Assembly (NCBI GenBank): GCA_001600815.1
Contig: BCKZ01000004.1
Coordinates: 1,205,566-1,269,565 of the forward strand
Direction: 5' to 3'
DNA: 64,000 bases
Origin: Alloascoidea hylecoeti
Taxonomy: Eukaryota
A model generated the notes under the pieces. It made no database searches. It saw only the letters and a list, made by a program, of their open reading frames with translations, and had not been told where the DNA came from. Shown in pieces: positions 1-12,947 of this stretch (position 1 is its first letter; every line of letters begins with the position of its first letter). The translations under genes and the position numbers were made by a program.

Positions 1-2310
1 GAGAGTTGTATAATTTGTCAAATTGGTGATAAGTCAGATGATGTATTTGGAACTATATGTCATGTTGGGAATTCTTCAGTTTTCAGATCTGTTCCATTTG
101 ATGATGATTATTGGGGCTTAAAGGCTTTTGGGGATAGTGCTAATCTTGATTCTGATTCATTTGACTATACAGAGACTGAAGGTACTGATAAATGGAAAAA
201 TCATCTTACAGAAATCAAATCGAATCATGTTACTGGACCAGGCTTTCCACGTGTTAAGGGATCTGATATTCATGGTAAAAACGCTAGCAATACTATTCTA
301 GATGAAAATGAAAATTTGGAAAACTTTAATAGTAAAAAGGTACACGACTATCAAATGAATTTTGAAACTCATCCAGTTCTTGTAAGTTGTGGTCATGGAA
401 TGCATTTTAATTGTTTCCTAAAATATATTCGTTTTCCCGAATCACGTCCAACTCGAACTACAACTGATGATCCCGAAAATCCAAACTCAAGTGAGTTTTT
501 ATGTCCTCTTTGTAAATCATTAAACAATGTTTTTCTTCCTTCAATCTCACAAAATCCAAATTTCAAAAATTTCAAAAATTTCTTAGCGCCTGCAGCTAGG
601 GTTGTAATTGGTTCAAATTCTATATTTGACTCTGCCTGTAAGTATAATTGGTCTGAAGGTTTAGAAAAGATAAAATATTTCACTTCACAATCTCCTTGTG
701 AGCAGGAAATTATCTCGCGACAAGTGGGGACTCAGACTATGGATCTATTTCTAAACTTCACTAAAGAATCTCTAACTTCCATAAATGGAGACATACTATC
801 AAGGAGAGATAACTTGGCCTTCATAACAAGAAAGTCAATCATGATTGATATAATGAAGAGAATAGAAAAGCAATTGAATTTATTATTACCAAAGTCTAGT
901 TACAGCTCCGGTATTGCTAGATATGCGACAGGTGACTTATCATTGGATCATTTGACTACAACTCTAATAGCACATACGATTGAAGCGTTAGAAATTTCTC
1001 TCCGAGGTCGTGGTTATACTACTCAGTTTAATTTAATACTAGAACAAGTGCCCAGCAAAGTACTAAGATATTTGAGGACTTTATGTGAGTATAGGTCACT
1101 ATGGTTGGAATTCGTAGCAGCAGATCCCACTACTCAACATGAAGCATCCCCAACATTCATGAATGAAAGAAATAAAAATCAAATGTTTAATGAACGATTT
1201 CAAATATTGGAAAGTCTTCAATCTAATAAATTCTTTGATTATATCCTTACTGATAACTTATTTGTTGAGATGTTAACCATACCGATAATCACAAGCTTTG
1301 ATATGTGTTTCAATACAATAGTTAGACTTTTTTTATTTGGTGAAGTAATTCAAAAATCATATTCAATCTTACTTGAGTTATTCAAGAATAATAATCGAAA
1401 AGATGGATTATCAATTACTGACTTACCCAGATTGGGAAATTTAAGTGATTCAAATTTAATTAATTTTGGAAAGTTTGTTGGTATTCTTGGATATGCATTT
1501 ATAACTAAAGCAGATCATTTAAATTTATTGGATCAAGCCATCTGTGATAAGAATTTTCTGGTTGCATTTTTTTCCATGGTGGTTAAAGCAATTACGCCAT
1601 TTTTAAGAAGAGCAATATTATATGCTTATATTTATTGTGCTGATTCTAGCAATTATGACAGCAATTGCTTTGAATATGAGGGATATGAAGCAGATAGGTT
1701 ATGCAAATTCTTAGAAATCCCTTCATTATTTGAAATCATAGAATTATGCTTGTCTGAATTTAGTTATGAAGGTCATCGGTTTAGAGAATTCTGTGAATAT
1801 GTTGAAGGAAAAGAAAATATTGACCCTGTTAGAATTGGTTATCCAGGTGTGGAAAGCTTAATCGAGTTACCGGTTAGGCTTGATACTTATTTCACAAACA
1901 AATTTTATAGAAAGAAACAATACTCTCCTGTATTTTCTCATTGTGAAGCTGCAGTTTGTATGTTTTGTGGGGTAACTGTTAGATTGAAATACTCCAAGTT
2001 TGGAGAAAAGAGAGGTGCATGTACTCTACATTATGAAAAGGAATGTGGTAATAGCTGTGGAATATATTTTCTTCCTGCGCACTTTGCGATCTTATTGTTA
2101 TATAATGGGAATGGAACATTTTATCCAATTCCATATTTGGATGTGCATGGTGAATTAGATGAGCGGGCAAGAAATGAAACTCCTTTATTTTTAGTAAAAG
2201 AGAGATACACACATATGGTGAGGACTCTATGGTTACAAAATGAAGTTCCTAATTTTATTGCTAGAAAATCAGAAGGCGCGATTAACATTGGTGGTTGGGA
2301 CGTATTATAA
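1..2310 (+). CDS. UBR1: N-end rule E3 ubiquitin ligase (UBR1/UBR2 family), 3' part; gene starts upstream of window
   Basis: Frame 1 is open from base 1 (ESCIICQ...). A split RING-H2 (CIIC ... CGHGMHFNC ... EFLCPLCKSLNN) and a UBR C-terminal domain (CMFCG, GACTLH, CG...GIYF, PYLDVHGE, LWLQNEVP) are present. Confidence 0.88.
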   Translation, partial: ESCIICQIGDKSDDVFGTICHVGNSSVFRSVPFDDDYWGLKAFGDSANLDSDSFDYTETEGTDKWKNHLTEIKSNHVTGPGFPRVKGSDIHGKNASNTILDENENLENFNSKKVHDYQMNFETHPVLVSCGHGMHFNCFLKYIRFPESRPTRTTTDDPENPNSSEFLCPLCKSLNNVFLPSISQNPNFKNFKNFLAPAARVVIGSNSIFDSACKYNWSEGLEKIKYFTSQSPCEQEIISRQVGTQTMDLFLNFTKESLTSINGDILSRRDNLAFITRKSIMIDIMKRIEKQLNLLLPKSSYSSGIARYATGDLSLDHLTTTLIAHTIEALEISLRGRGYTTQFNLILEQVPSKVLRYLRTLCEYRSLWLEFVAADPTTQHEASPTFMNERNKNQMFNERFQILESLQSNKFFDYILTDNLFVEMLTIPIITSFDMCFNTIVRLFLFGEVIQKSYSILLELFKNNNRKDGLSITDLPRLGNLSDSNLINFGKFVGILGYAFITKADHLNLLDQAICDKNFLVAFFSMVVKAITPFLRRAILYAYIYCADSSNYDSNCFEYEGYEADRLCKFLEIPSLFEIIELCLSEFSYEGHRFREFCEYVEGKENIDPVRIGYPGVESLIELPVRLDTYFTNKFYRKKQYSPVFSHCEAAVCMFCGVTVRLKYSKFGEKRGACTLHYEKECGNSCGIYFLPAHFAILLLYNGNGTFYPIPYLDVHGELDERARNETPLFLVKERYTHMVRTLWLQNEVPNFIARKSEGAINIGGWDVL

Positions 2311-3822
2311 ATTTGGATGCAGTGTTTCCATTAAATTTCAACCACCTTTTGAATTAAATATTCGGCCCCATACTAATTAATCATGCACTAAATAATTGAT
2401 GACATTTTATGATTGAAAGCATGAACCATTAATTATTCTGTAATATACTTTAGATATCTATGCATGTGTAACTAGAATTCCTTTTTCATTATCAGTTTGT
2501 AAATTAATGCCAATAAAAAAGAGTAGTATAATTGTGGTACATTTGTTTTTCCTGATTAGCTCATTCATTTGGTGGTCACTTTAACCCGTCTGGTGTTCAC
2601 TGTTCACCGCGATCTTAACATACGATTACTCGTACAAGTACGAACAGCTATAAATTACAGCAAATATTTATTTAGCGTCAACTTGTATTTAACATGATAT
2701 TCTATTTAAAGGATTATTACATACCAGACCTACATAAATCTTAACTACTTTATTTTTAGAAACTGAATTTAAACGGTGCAACACTAGTAAATATAGTAGC
2801 ATATATCTATATTTACAATTTTTTTTAATTTGGTCATAGAGAGATTTTTCATTCTGCTAAGAATAATATTATCTAAAACTAAATCACACCCTCGGAAATA
2901 TACAAACTGTTAGGACTCACTTACGTTTGCAATTGTGACACTAGCCGTATAGGGATAATATATTTGTTATGGTGTGCAGCAACCTTAATGTGGTATATTT
3001 ATAGATGATCACTCCTTCCATTATGCTAATCTTCTATTAACTGTCTACAACTAGTTTATTGCATACATATACCCTTTTACTTATTTAAATTCTTCAAAGT
3101 TATTACCTCATGATAATCATATTTTTAATTTATATCCATTTTCAACTCTAATGCAGGCAAATTGACTTATACGAATCCCGGTAAAATACAGATCTTAAAC
3201 CTCCCAATTGTTATTCAATATAAGTAAGTTATCGTTATCAGAAAATATTATGCAAATATTAAGCTAACACGATTAACATATATCCTCCTATAATACTTTT
3301 CAAATATAACTATTCAGCAAAATTAAAGGCAAAAATGTTAAGCTTAGGTGCTAGGGGCCAGTAAGTGTGTCTAAATTTGCAGTGGTCTCACTTTATAGGC
3401 GTTTAACAGTTTCCATGCGTTTAGCCTCTTTTTTTTCAATTCAGCTTAAGTGGCTGATATGAGCATATAAGGGCGTTTTTATTAAACTCCTCGAATGTTC
3501 ATCAGAATTTCTGCTATGGTTATACGTATAGAAATAAACAACTCTTGCTTTTGCAACTGTAGGAGGAAAATGAAGATGTTAGTACATTTACGGGCGTCCT
3601 TAAAGAATAAGACGTACAGAATAACTATGAATTGTAGCCATTAAATCCTTAATCTTAAGGGTATATAAATATGAAGTGAAATTCCCTTAATTATACTCAA
3701 ACTATTCTTTCATCCAACTTTCTAGTCGTTCTTTAATACAGTCAAACTCATTCTTTCGTTTAAATTCTGACCCTATACATTCTTTCAATTACTCACCCTA
3801 TACATTCATTTAAAGGACTACA

Positions 3823-6634
3823 ATGAAATATTCTACTTATATTGCGATGGCGCTAGCCACAGCGTCATCAGCTATGGCCACCCCACCAGCTTGTTTATTA
3901 GCATGTGTAGCTAAAGTCAACCTTGCGGATCAAAAATGTGATAGCTTGAACAAAATCAATTGCATCTGTACTAATGAATATGATAGTGTTATTAGCTGTT
4001 TAAGTGATGTATGCCCAAATGGTAATAGTGACACTGCTGCAGAAGCCTTTAAAGAAATATGTGGAGGTTCTAGTTCAGACGCATCTTCAATTTTGAGTGC
4101 AGCTACAGCAGTGAAAGTTAATACTGTTTACAAGACAGCTACTGAAGACGAGCTTTATACTTACACCACCGAAACTGTCTCCACATGCCCAGTAAATGGT
4201 CCTATCACCAAAACAATTACAAAGACAGCAACTTGTACTAGTCCTATCTGCTCTATCCCAGTTTCCGTTGAGACCATCTCAGCGACTGCTGAAAAAGACA
4301 CAACTTTATACCTTACTGCTACTAAGAACCAAATCGTTACTTATACTGTTGCAACATGCCCAGGAAATGGTGCTGAAACCTCAACAATTACAAAGACAGC
4401 TACATGCACTAGTTCAGTATGTTCAATCCCAACTGCAGTTGAATCCTCACCAGTCACATCTACAGAAGAGGACACAACTTTATACCTTACTGCTACTAAG
4501 AACCAAATCGTTACTTACACTGTTGTAACATGCCCAGGAAATGGTGCTGAAACCTCAACACTTACAAAGACAGCTACATGTGCTAGTTCAGTATGCTCAA
4601 TCCCAACTGCTGTTCACACATCACCAGTCTCATCTGTAGAAAAGGACACCACTGTTCACATTACTGCTACCAAAAATCAAATCGTTACCGTTACCAAAGT
4701 TGTTCCTTGCGATCAGAGTGGTAAAATAGTTACAGCATCATCCCCATCTGGTTCAAATGTTGTTAAATCTTTGACAACACTCACAGACACTGTTACATGT
4801 ACCGAATCAAAGTGTGTTATTCCAGTTACATCATTAGCTTCTACAGCAACCGGATCCTCTCCAGCTGTGTCTAGTACTACAGGTTCTTCTCCATCTGGTA
4901 CCACTGGTAGCTCATGTAATGGTGCTGACTGTATTACATCAACCAGCTCCTCCCCAGCTGTTAATACTAAGACTTCTGAAAAGGATACTACTGTTCATAT
5001 TACTGCCAGCAAAAATCAAGTTATTTCCGTTGAAAGAGTTGTTCCTTGCACCCAAACTAGTGTTACAGGCACATCCCCAGCTGGTTCTGTTCAATCATTT
5101 ACCACTGTCACAGCTGTAATTACATGTACAGAATCAAAATGTGTTGTTCCAGCTACCTCAACAATTACAGTTACCAAAGCAACAGGTTCTTCCCCAGCAG
5201 GTACTACTGGTTCATGTAACGGTTCNNNNNNNNNNNNNNNNNNNNNNNNNNNNNNNNNNNNNNNNNNNNNNNNNNNNNNNNNNNNNNNNNNNNNNNNNNN
5301 NNNNNNNNNNNNNNNNNNNNNNNNNNNNNNNNNNNNNNNNNNNNNNNNNNNNNNNNNNNNNNNNNNNNNNNNNNNNNNNNNNNNNNNNNNNNNNNNNNNN
5401 NNNNNNNNNNNNNNNNNNNNNNNNNNNNNNNNNNNNNNNNNNNNNNNNNNNNNNNNNNNNNNNNNNNNNNNNNNNNNNNNNNNNNNNNNNNNNNNNNNNN
5501 NNNNNNNNNNNNNNNNNNNNNNNNNNNNNNNNNNNNNNNNNNNNNNNNNNNNNNNNNNNNNNNNNNNNNNNNNNNNNNNNNNNNNNNNNNNNNNNNNNNN
5601 NNNNNNNNNNNNNNNNNNNNNNNNNNNNNNNNNNNNNNNNNNNNNNNNNNNNNNNNNNNNNNNNNNNNNNNNNNNNNNNNNNNNNNNNNNNNNNNNNNNN
5701 NNNNNNNNNNNNNNNNNNNNNNNNNNNNNNNNNNNNNNNNNNNNNNNNNNNNNNNNNNNNNNNNNNNNNNNNNNNNNNNNNNNNNNNNNNNNNNNNNNNN
5801 NNNNNNNNNNNNNNNNNNNNNNNNNNNNNNNNNNNNNNNNNNNNNNNNNNNNNNNNNNNNNNNNNNNNNNNNNNNNNNNNNNNNNNNNNNNNNNNNNNNN
5901 NNNNNNNNNNNNNNNNNNNNNNNNNNNNNNNNNNNNNNNNNNNNNNNNNNNNNNNNNNNNNNNNNNNNNNNNNNNNNNNNNNNNNNNNNNNNNNNNNNNN
6001 NNNNNNNNNNNNNNNNNNNNNNNNNNNNNNNNNNNNNNNNNNNNNNNNNNNNNNNNNNNNNNNNNNNNNNNNNNNNNNNNNNNNNNNNNNNNNNNNNNNN
6101 NNNNNNNNNNNNNNNNNNNNNNNNNNNNNNNNNNNNNNNNNNNNNNNNNNNNNNNNNNNNNNNNNNNNNNNNNNNNNNNNNNNNNNNNNNNNNNNNNNNN
6201 NNNNNGACTGTGTTAAATCAACTGGATCTACTCCAGCTGAAGGTACTGCATCTAAGCCAACAGGTTCTTCCCCAGCAGGTACTACTGGTTCATGTAATGG
6301 TTCTGACTGTGTTAAATCAACTGGATCTTCTCCAGCTGGTTCTTCTTCTACTGAATCTAGTTCTTGCAATGGTGTTTCATGTCCATCTGTTACATCAGCA
6401 GAAGCCTCATGTTCCGGTGGTGTCTTATGTCCAACACCTGTTAACTCCGAAAGTACTCTTGTTACAGCTTCTGCCACCTTATCATGCGGTTCATCATCTT
6501 GTGGTGGTCTAACTTCAAACTCCACAGGAAACTCTTCAAACTCCACCATTCCAACTCAATTTTCTAATGGATCAAACGCCATGACTGTTAGTTTAAGCCT
6601 TATGCTAGGTGCTTTCATTGTTCTTGCTTTATAA
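3823..6634 (+). CDS. Secreted CFEM-domain, Ser/Thr-rich, probably GPI-anchored cell wall protein (CCW14/SSR1-like N-terminus) with internal repeats; spans an assembly gap
   Basis: Signal peptide followed by an 8-Cys CFEM domain (ATPPACLLACVAKV...C...CICT...CLSDVCP). ~59-aa Thr/Cys repeats (EKDTTLYLTATKNQIVT...) and a 33-aa repeat follow. The C-terminus is GPI-like and hydrophobic (SNGSNAMTVSLSLMLGAFIVLAL*). Confidence 0.85.
5226..6205. other. Assembly gap (980 N) inside the repeat region of the CFEM gene
   Basis: Run of n from 5226 to 6205. Confidence 0.99.
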
Positions 6635-8149
6635 TTATATTTTCAAGTATAATAAGTCAATTTCAATTTTGAAAAGATAAGCATAGGCCGAAACTAGTAA
6701 GTCATTGGTATTGATAAATGGTTTTTCAATATTAATAAATGTTTGATCAATGCTTATCATGAATATTTGAATTTGATTTTATTAAATTATTTTTATTTTC
6801 TTGATTTTTAATTTTAATCATTTTCTCGCATTTATTTAGAATATTTTAAAAAGAAAAAAGTTTTGATTTAAATTATTAAAAGATTTATGGGTATTTTGGA
6901 ATTATATCAGTTTTTTTGTTGTCTGTTAGATTAGTTTATACTGTTTATAAGTAAAATAGAATCCCATGGTCCTTATTGTTATTTTCATTTTAATTTTCAA
7001 ATTTTAAAAACTAACTGTTTTTACTTCCATGTTACATTTTTCTACAATTGTATAAGTTTTATAAATTCGCTTTCGATATATAAAAATATATTCAGTTGTT
7101 TCTCACATAATATATATTAGTTCCTATTGCATTTTCAAAATTGTTCAAAGGGTAATAGTATTATAATTAATTTCCACAATAAATAATCATAATATTCGAA
7201 CATCTTTCAAATTAAACTAAATGAAGGGCAATCTTATCAACTAATAAGATTGAATAATTATCAGTCTCATGTATATATAGGTAACAATGAATACTCTTCC
7301 AGATATTTCTTCCGATAATATCTACCAATATTGGCTTACACGACGAATATTCAGTCCATTATGTGGCCGATAATTATTCATTCTAATTTGCTAGTTACAA
7401 GGTTAATTATTTTGCTCGGTGCAACAAATAGATGCCGAATGTTTATCCTACCGAGTGGACGTAATTAAGTGGACTGACTGACATGGATTATTAATTATAC
7501 TAGACTGAAAATACATATTGAAAATGCACAATTAATATTTTAGTTGCAGTAGCCATTTATATGCGGCCGTTTGAAATTCATATAAGTTTATTGGCGATTG
7601 TAATCTCTTTTCAATTGAATTTGAATGATTGATCATAATCTAATATTAATGAATTGGAGGACAAAAATAATCATAGAATTATTAATCAACATAGTAACGA
7701 TTATCCATTATGTAACTTTTGTTAGTAGAAGCTCTCTAGATCTTCATCAAGCTGTAAGAATTATGAATATGCTCCTGGCGTTTATATAAATGAATATGTT
7801 AAACTAAGTTAAAAGGCCCTAAAATCCAACAAAATAAATATTGAAGACCAAACGAAACGAGTAAAATATTGACCAAGGACTTATGGAGGTTTTAACTTTG
7901 CTATTTATGTAATGCATGAAGGCCCATGTAGAATATGAAATTTAAAGTTTTGCCCCCTCAAGTTATCTTTAATTAAGAAAGTCTAATGCCAAAAGTCGTT
8001 CATATTTCAATTGTAAGTTATATGCAAATGAAGTATTTAAAAATTTATCTACCTCAACTCCTAGTTAGCTAATGTCTATATTAAATGCTTTTTAAACATG
8101 TATATACCAGTATATAATAGGCATTTAATATGTAGTTGTTCATATATCT

Positions 8150-8830
8150 TGAGCTCCGGATGGTCTTTAGTTAATTCCCGATTGATATCTCATATGAGCC
8201 ATTATTACCACTAATTTTATCACAACTTTCCTTAAACTTTAAATAATTATTCCTGACATTTCACCAACATATATGTAAGTTCTTCTACCACTAAGTGAAA
8301 TACGATGGAATTTACGACCAAGGGTTCCGGCAATTGATTTAGCGAAACTTGTTTTACCAACACCTGGAGGTCCAACAAGTAGTGAAATAAGTGCTTTTGA
8401 TTTAGATGGTTCTGGTTTTGGCTAATCTTTGAATATTTCAGTTTTTTTCCTTCCTTTTCCCTTTTCAGAAGAATCATCATTAATATCCTTTTGAACCATC
8501 ATTAATATCAAAAAGATTTGAATATTTATGTAATAGTTTTAAAAAGCAGACCTTCTTCATTGATAACTGATTATTTATTATTTGAATCAATATCTTTAAT
8601 TAAAACTTGTATCATTTTTGTAGAATTTTCAACTTCTTTTTCAGTTTCAAAATGTTGATGTAATTACACCGCTTGAATACTTTCTTTACCAGACTACCAT
8701 GTTGCGACTCACTGTATTGAATTCAAATCTGCTTTGAAATTTAAGATAAATGGTACAATTTTGAAACAGCATCATCCAGCTTATGATAAGATATTTCGTT
8801 TTCATCATCTGATATCGATTAGGACTTAGT
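8150..8830 (-). pseudogene. Decayed Lon protease fragment (peroxisomal LONP2/Pln type), AAA+ region
   Basis: The minus strand reads [50 protein letters not shown] (Lon Walker A and RRTY motif), then DKISGNN. It has stops, frameshifts and internal deletions; boundaries are approximate. Confidence 0.8.
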
Positions 8831-11273
8831 TAATTATATTGTTTAGAACATTGCAATTGATTTGAATATTTGTTTCAGTAGATTTAAGCTTGCAATTTTA
8901 AACTTTGAAACATTTTCTAATCTTCAAATCTAGATATAAATTACCAAGAAAATATATATAGGCTTATACATGTATTTCTAGATCTATTTAAACACCCACG
9001 TTTTATATTGATCGCTATTGGATCAACTCTGTATTGAAAATATATCTAATATTAATGTAATATTCTTTATTTATTTGCTAATTATAACGTTTTTTCTTGG
9101 ATCTTTAAGAAAAATTCTGTAATTAATTGACCAAGTGATTACAACACCGCAAATTTATGCATAAATGTTATAAAAAAACGTATGCCGTTATACGTACTTT
9201 TACCAAATAATCCTTTAAATCTATTAAGAAGACTACCCGATCAACTATATCAATAAAACTCTAATTATTCATAATTAATTAATTTTTGCTTTGTTGTTGT
9301 GGTGTAAATTTCTGGAAGAAAACTATCTGATCATGATACTTTTCCACCTTATACTTGTATGACTAATGGCATATATTTTTAATTGTAATTGTATGGTCGT
9401 ATCTTAGAGTTAAAAATGATATAATTGTCCATGGCATAACTGGTTTCAACGGGCGCTTTACATGTATTGAAATTGTTGAATAAATATCATATCAGAGATG
9501 AATTAAACTTAGCTATAGATATGAAAATATAGTTATAATTATCTGTAGCTACGTATACTCCTGAATAATGGTATAATAACTTCATACACACTGTTTTTGC
9601 TTATTAATTAATGTCTGGATCTTAGACTTTAAAATTAAAAATGTTCAGTTTTATGACTATTCGTATATATACTTTATAATTGACCAATTTATTCATTTAA
9701 CACTTGTTCATATGATCTTATGGTATAATTATAACTGAATAGTTGTGTGTGATGAAGTAACACAAAACCACTGCAATGGTATACCCATGCAACCATGATA
9801 TCGATCAATGATTATATTAGTGACTAAAATCTACCCTTTGCATTTTCTTCTTCATATATGATTTAAATTTAGATATTATGATTATATATTTATAAATAGT
9901 AGTTATACGGGTGCACATTGTTTCAATTTATCTTCTTTAAAGTACACACAATTATAGGGCATCATTAGTCAAGAAGACAAAGATAACATTCGGAAGAATT
10001 ACAAGTACTATATAAAATTGATCAGTTGAAAAATAACATTGGTTTTTTTGAGAGTAAACGTATTGCGTACACGTTTCATTTATTAATAGAGTTTTCATTT
10101 TGATTGTAATTGAGCCCAAGTCAAGGGGCACCTTCTCCCCTTTAATATCCTAAAGGTCCTCAAGCTCATAAATGAACCAATGAGGAGTTTTACCGAGTGA
10201 AGATAATCACCTGTTATATTAGTAATTTTTATCATTTGTAACTCGATATCAATATTGAGGCGGGTTTTGCTCCTCGGATTAGCAGTCGACTTATTCCACG
10301 TACTGGAATGTTAACCGTGGCTATGCCTCTGCCATAATAAAGATGAGGGCCTGAATACAATCCGAGCGGAGCGTTCTCAGTTTTAATGAGTTTACTTACT
10401 CACTTACTCCTAATAGAATGCAATATGAATACTGAAATAGTTGGTACTTATTAACATCCCTTCCTATTCAGCATATTGTGATCGTGGCATGTATAAGATA
10501 TGCATAGTTTATAATCATTCAATATTATGATTCAGACTATAATTAATGACCACGGTCATTTAATGCCAACTCATATAATCAATAAAACTGTTATTTATAT
10601 ACATTATTTTTATTAAGGAGATAGAGAACTTCTTGAGAATTCGTAGTGTTCATGAATTTAAAATTTATTGTGTTAATCGTAACTATTAATATATAAATAT
10701 GTTGTGGCACATTACCCGTTTAGTTTCCCCATTTTTCTTCATTGTTGTGGTATCACGTGCTTAATAATTACATTCTCAATAGCGAATTTGGTGTAGATTT
10801 TTTAAGATCTAGAACTTGTGTATGTAAAAATAATTACAACTAGCACTGGTTACACATCAGCTTGTGCCTTAGTATTAATTGCCGAAAATAGTTCATCTCG
10901 TATTAGGTTGAAAAAATTACCAGTTAAGCCATGGGCCCATGGAAGGTTGTGTTTACGCGCAATAGCAGGATTAATTATTAAAGGTTTTTGCGAAATGGTG
11001 TCAAGCAATTAAATAGAATATGATATATGTTTAACTTGTGAATGTGCTTATTAAGGACATATAACAATTGATATCAGCTGCAGGTTAGTTAAAATGGCCA
11101 TGGGTAGATTCACTATTTGTAAAAGTGTAAGTAATTATGATTGTAAGATTAAATTGACAATTTGACATGACGATAATGGATCATCCATCTCCATTGCTGA
11201 AGCTTGAAATGTTTCTTTACATTAAAATTGTAGTTTTTGATGCTATGCACATGGTATCTGAAAATAACTTCAG

Positions 11274-11303
11274 GTTTAGCTTGTTTAGCTTGTTTAGCTT
11301 GTT
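11274..11303. repeat. Tandem 9-mer (gtttagctt) x3.3
   Basis: Direct reading. Confidence 0.9.
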
Positions 11304-12947
11304 ACTTGAAGGTTGAAATCGATATTTATCTTATCAAATATGTATTATATTAGCTAGATTTTCTAAAATATCTATCTGCTCGAGTCACCACGCGTACGAT
11401 TTCAAGTAATGGTTGTTAAGAGCACAATTGAAAGTAATCGATGTCAAGCGTACGTGGACATTCCTTATCTATATTCATTTTCTACCTATGAAAAGAAATT
11501 TGAAATATTAAATTGGATTATTATGAATATTAATCGAATTTGAATCTTTTCCCACGTATTCAACTATTTATATATGTAAGAAAGCTTTGACACGGTATCA
11601 ATTATCAGGTTATCCATAAGATTTGAAGTATGTACAGATGTTATTATTATGCAGCTGATGTATAATGGAATTCTGCGGTTAGTTTATAGCGGTGAAATTT
11701 TACTTAAGAAAAAAAATTGATATTGACCCTAGTTATGATGGATGACGATTGATGGCGATGGATGGATAAATTTTAGTTTATTTCATGGAAGTATTTAATT
11801 GTTTATTGAAATTTATGATTTAGTTCAGATCTAATAATAAAATATATTTAAGATTGGATAAATAAAGAAACAAAGAAGAATATTTTTAGAATTATTTACA
11901 AATATTTTAATTGGAAAAGTATGGTATTATTTTAATAAATTAAAAAAAAAGGTTATGAATTTTAAAGAATTTAAATTTGCAATTAAGAAGAAATAACAAT
12001 TACAATTCCCCGTTGCAACTGATCAGTGATCATGAACAAGTCAAATCAATACAAATATTAAGACAATGATCCGCCCTTACGCCGCAAATATACAATGATT
12101 TCCATATTAAGCATAATATCCAACGTTAATGTTAAGGATTATACACAAGTTAAAAGTAATCAATTCGATCGAATATCAATGGAAAAGTAAAACAGAAACG
12201 GAAACAGAAACAGGATAAACATTCCATTGTAAACATTTGTAAATTTAGAAACTTAGGCTTGAATATGAATATGAGTATGAATACAAAACTAAGATACATA
12301 ATTAGAGCGTATGCAGGTTAACGAGGAACCAAAATGCAAAACTCAATTGAGCTTATAATAGATTCCGGCTGTTATAATAAGTATCGGAGCCCTACATAAC
12401 TTGATATGTATTATATGTAGGAGAAAAGCCGTTAAGAACATACATGAAGAGAACAATTAGCAGTTATAAAAGGCGTATTGAGACCCGTTGGACCCACGGG
12501 TACCCGGTTACTTGTTACCAGACAGGTTACCTGCCACAAGAAGATAGCAGTTGCAGTTGCGCAGAAGGAATGGAATTAGTTTATTTGATCTCCAAACGAT
12601 CATTTTGTATAGAAAAGTAGGCGGAGAGGGTCACATGACTGGAAGGTGACCCGGCCACAGGGCATCACTCCGGAAGCAGACGCGAACCAACCGGATTAGG
12701 CAACAGACGGACCACAGTCCAGCATTGTAACTGCATGGTAACTGCATGGTATTATAATTGAACCACACAATGCTACTTAAAGGCTGTTATGATCCCGTTT
12801 GGGTGTAATATAAGAACTGCTTTTTCTCCTTTTTCCCATTTTTAAATCATCTCGTTCCAAACTTTGTTTTGCTTTAAATTTTATTTGCTTTTGTTGTCCA
12901 TCCTCGTTCGTTAAAACCACCAATATTCTTTCGCTACTTATTAAATA

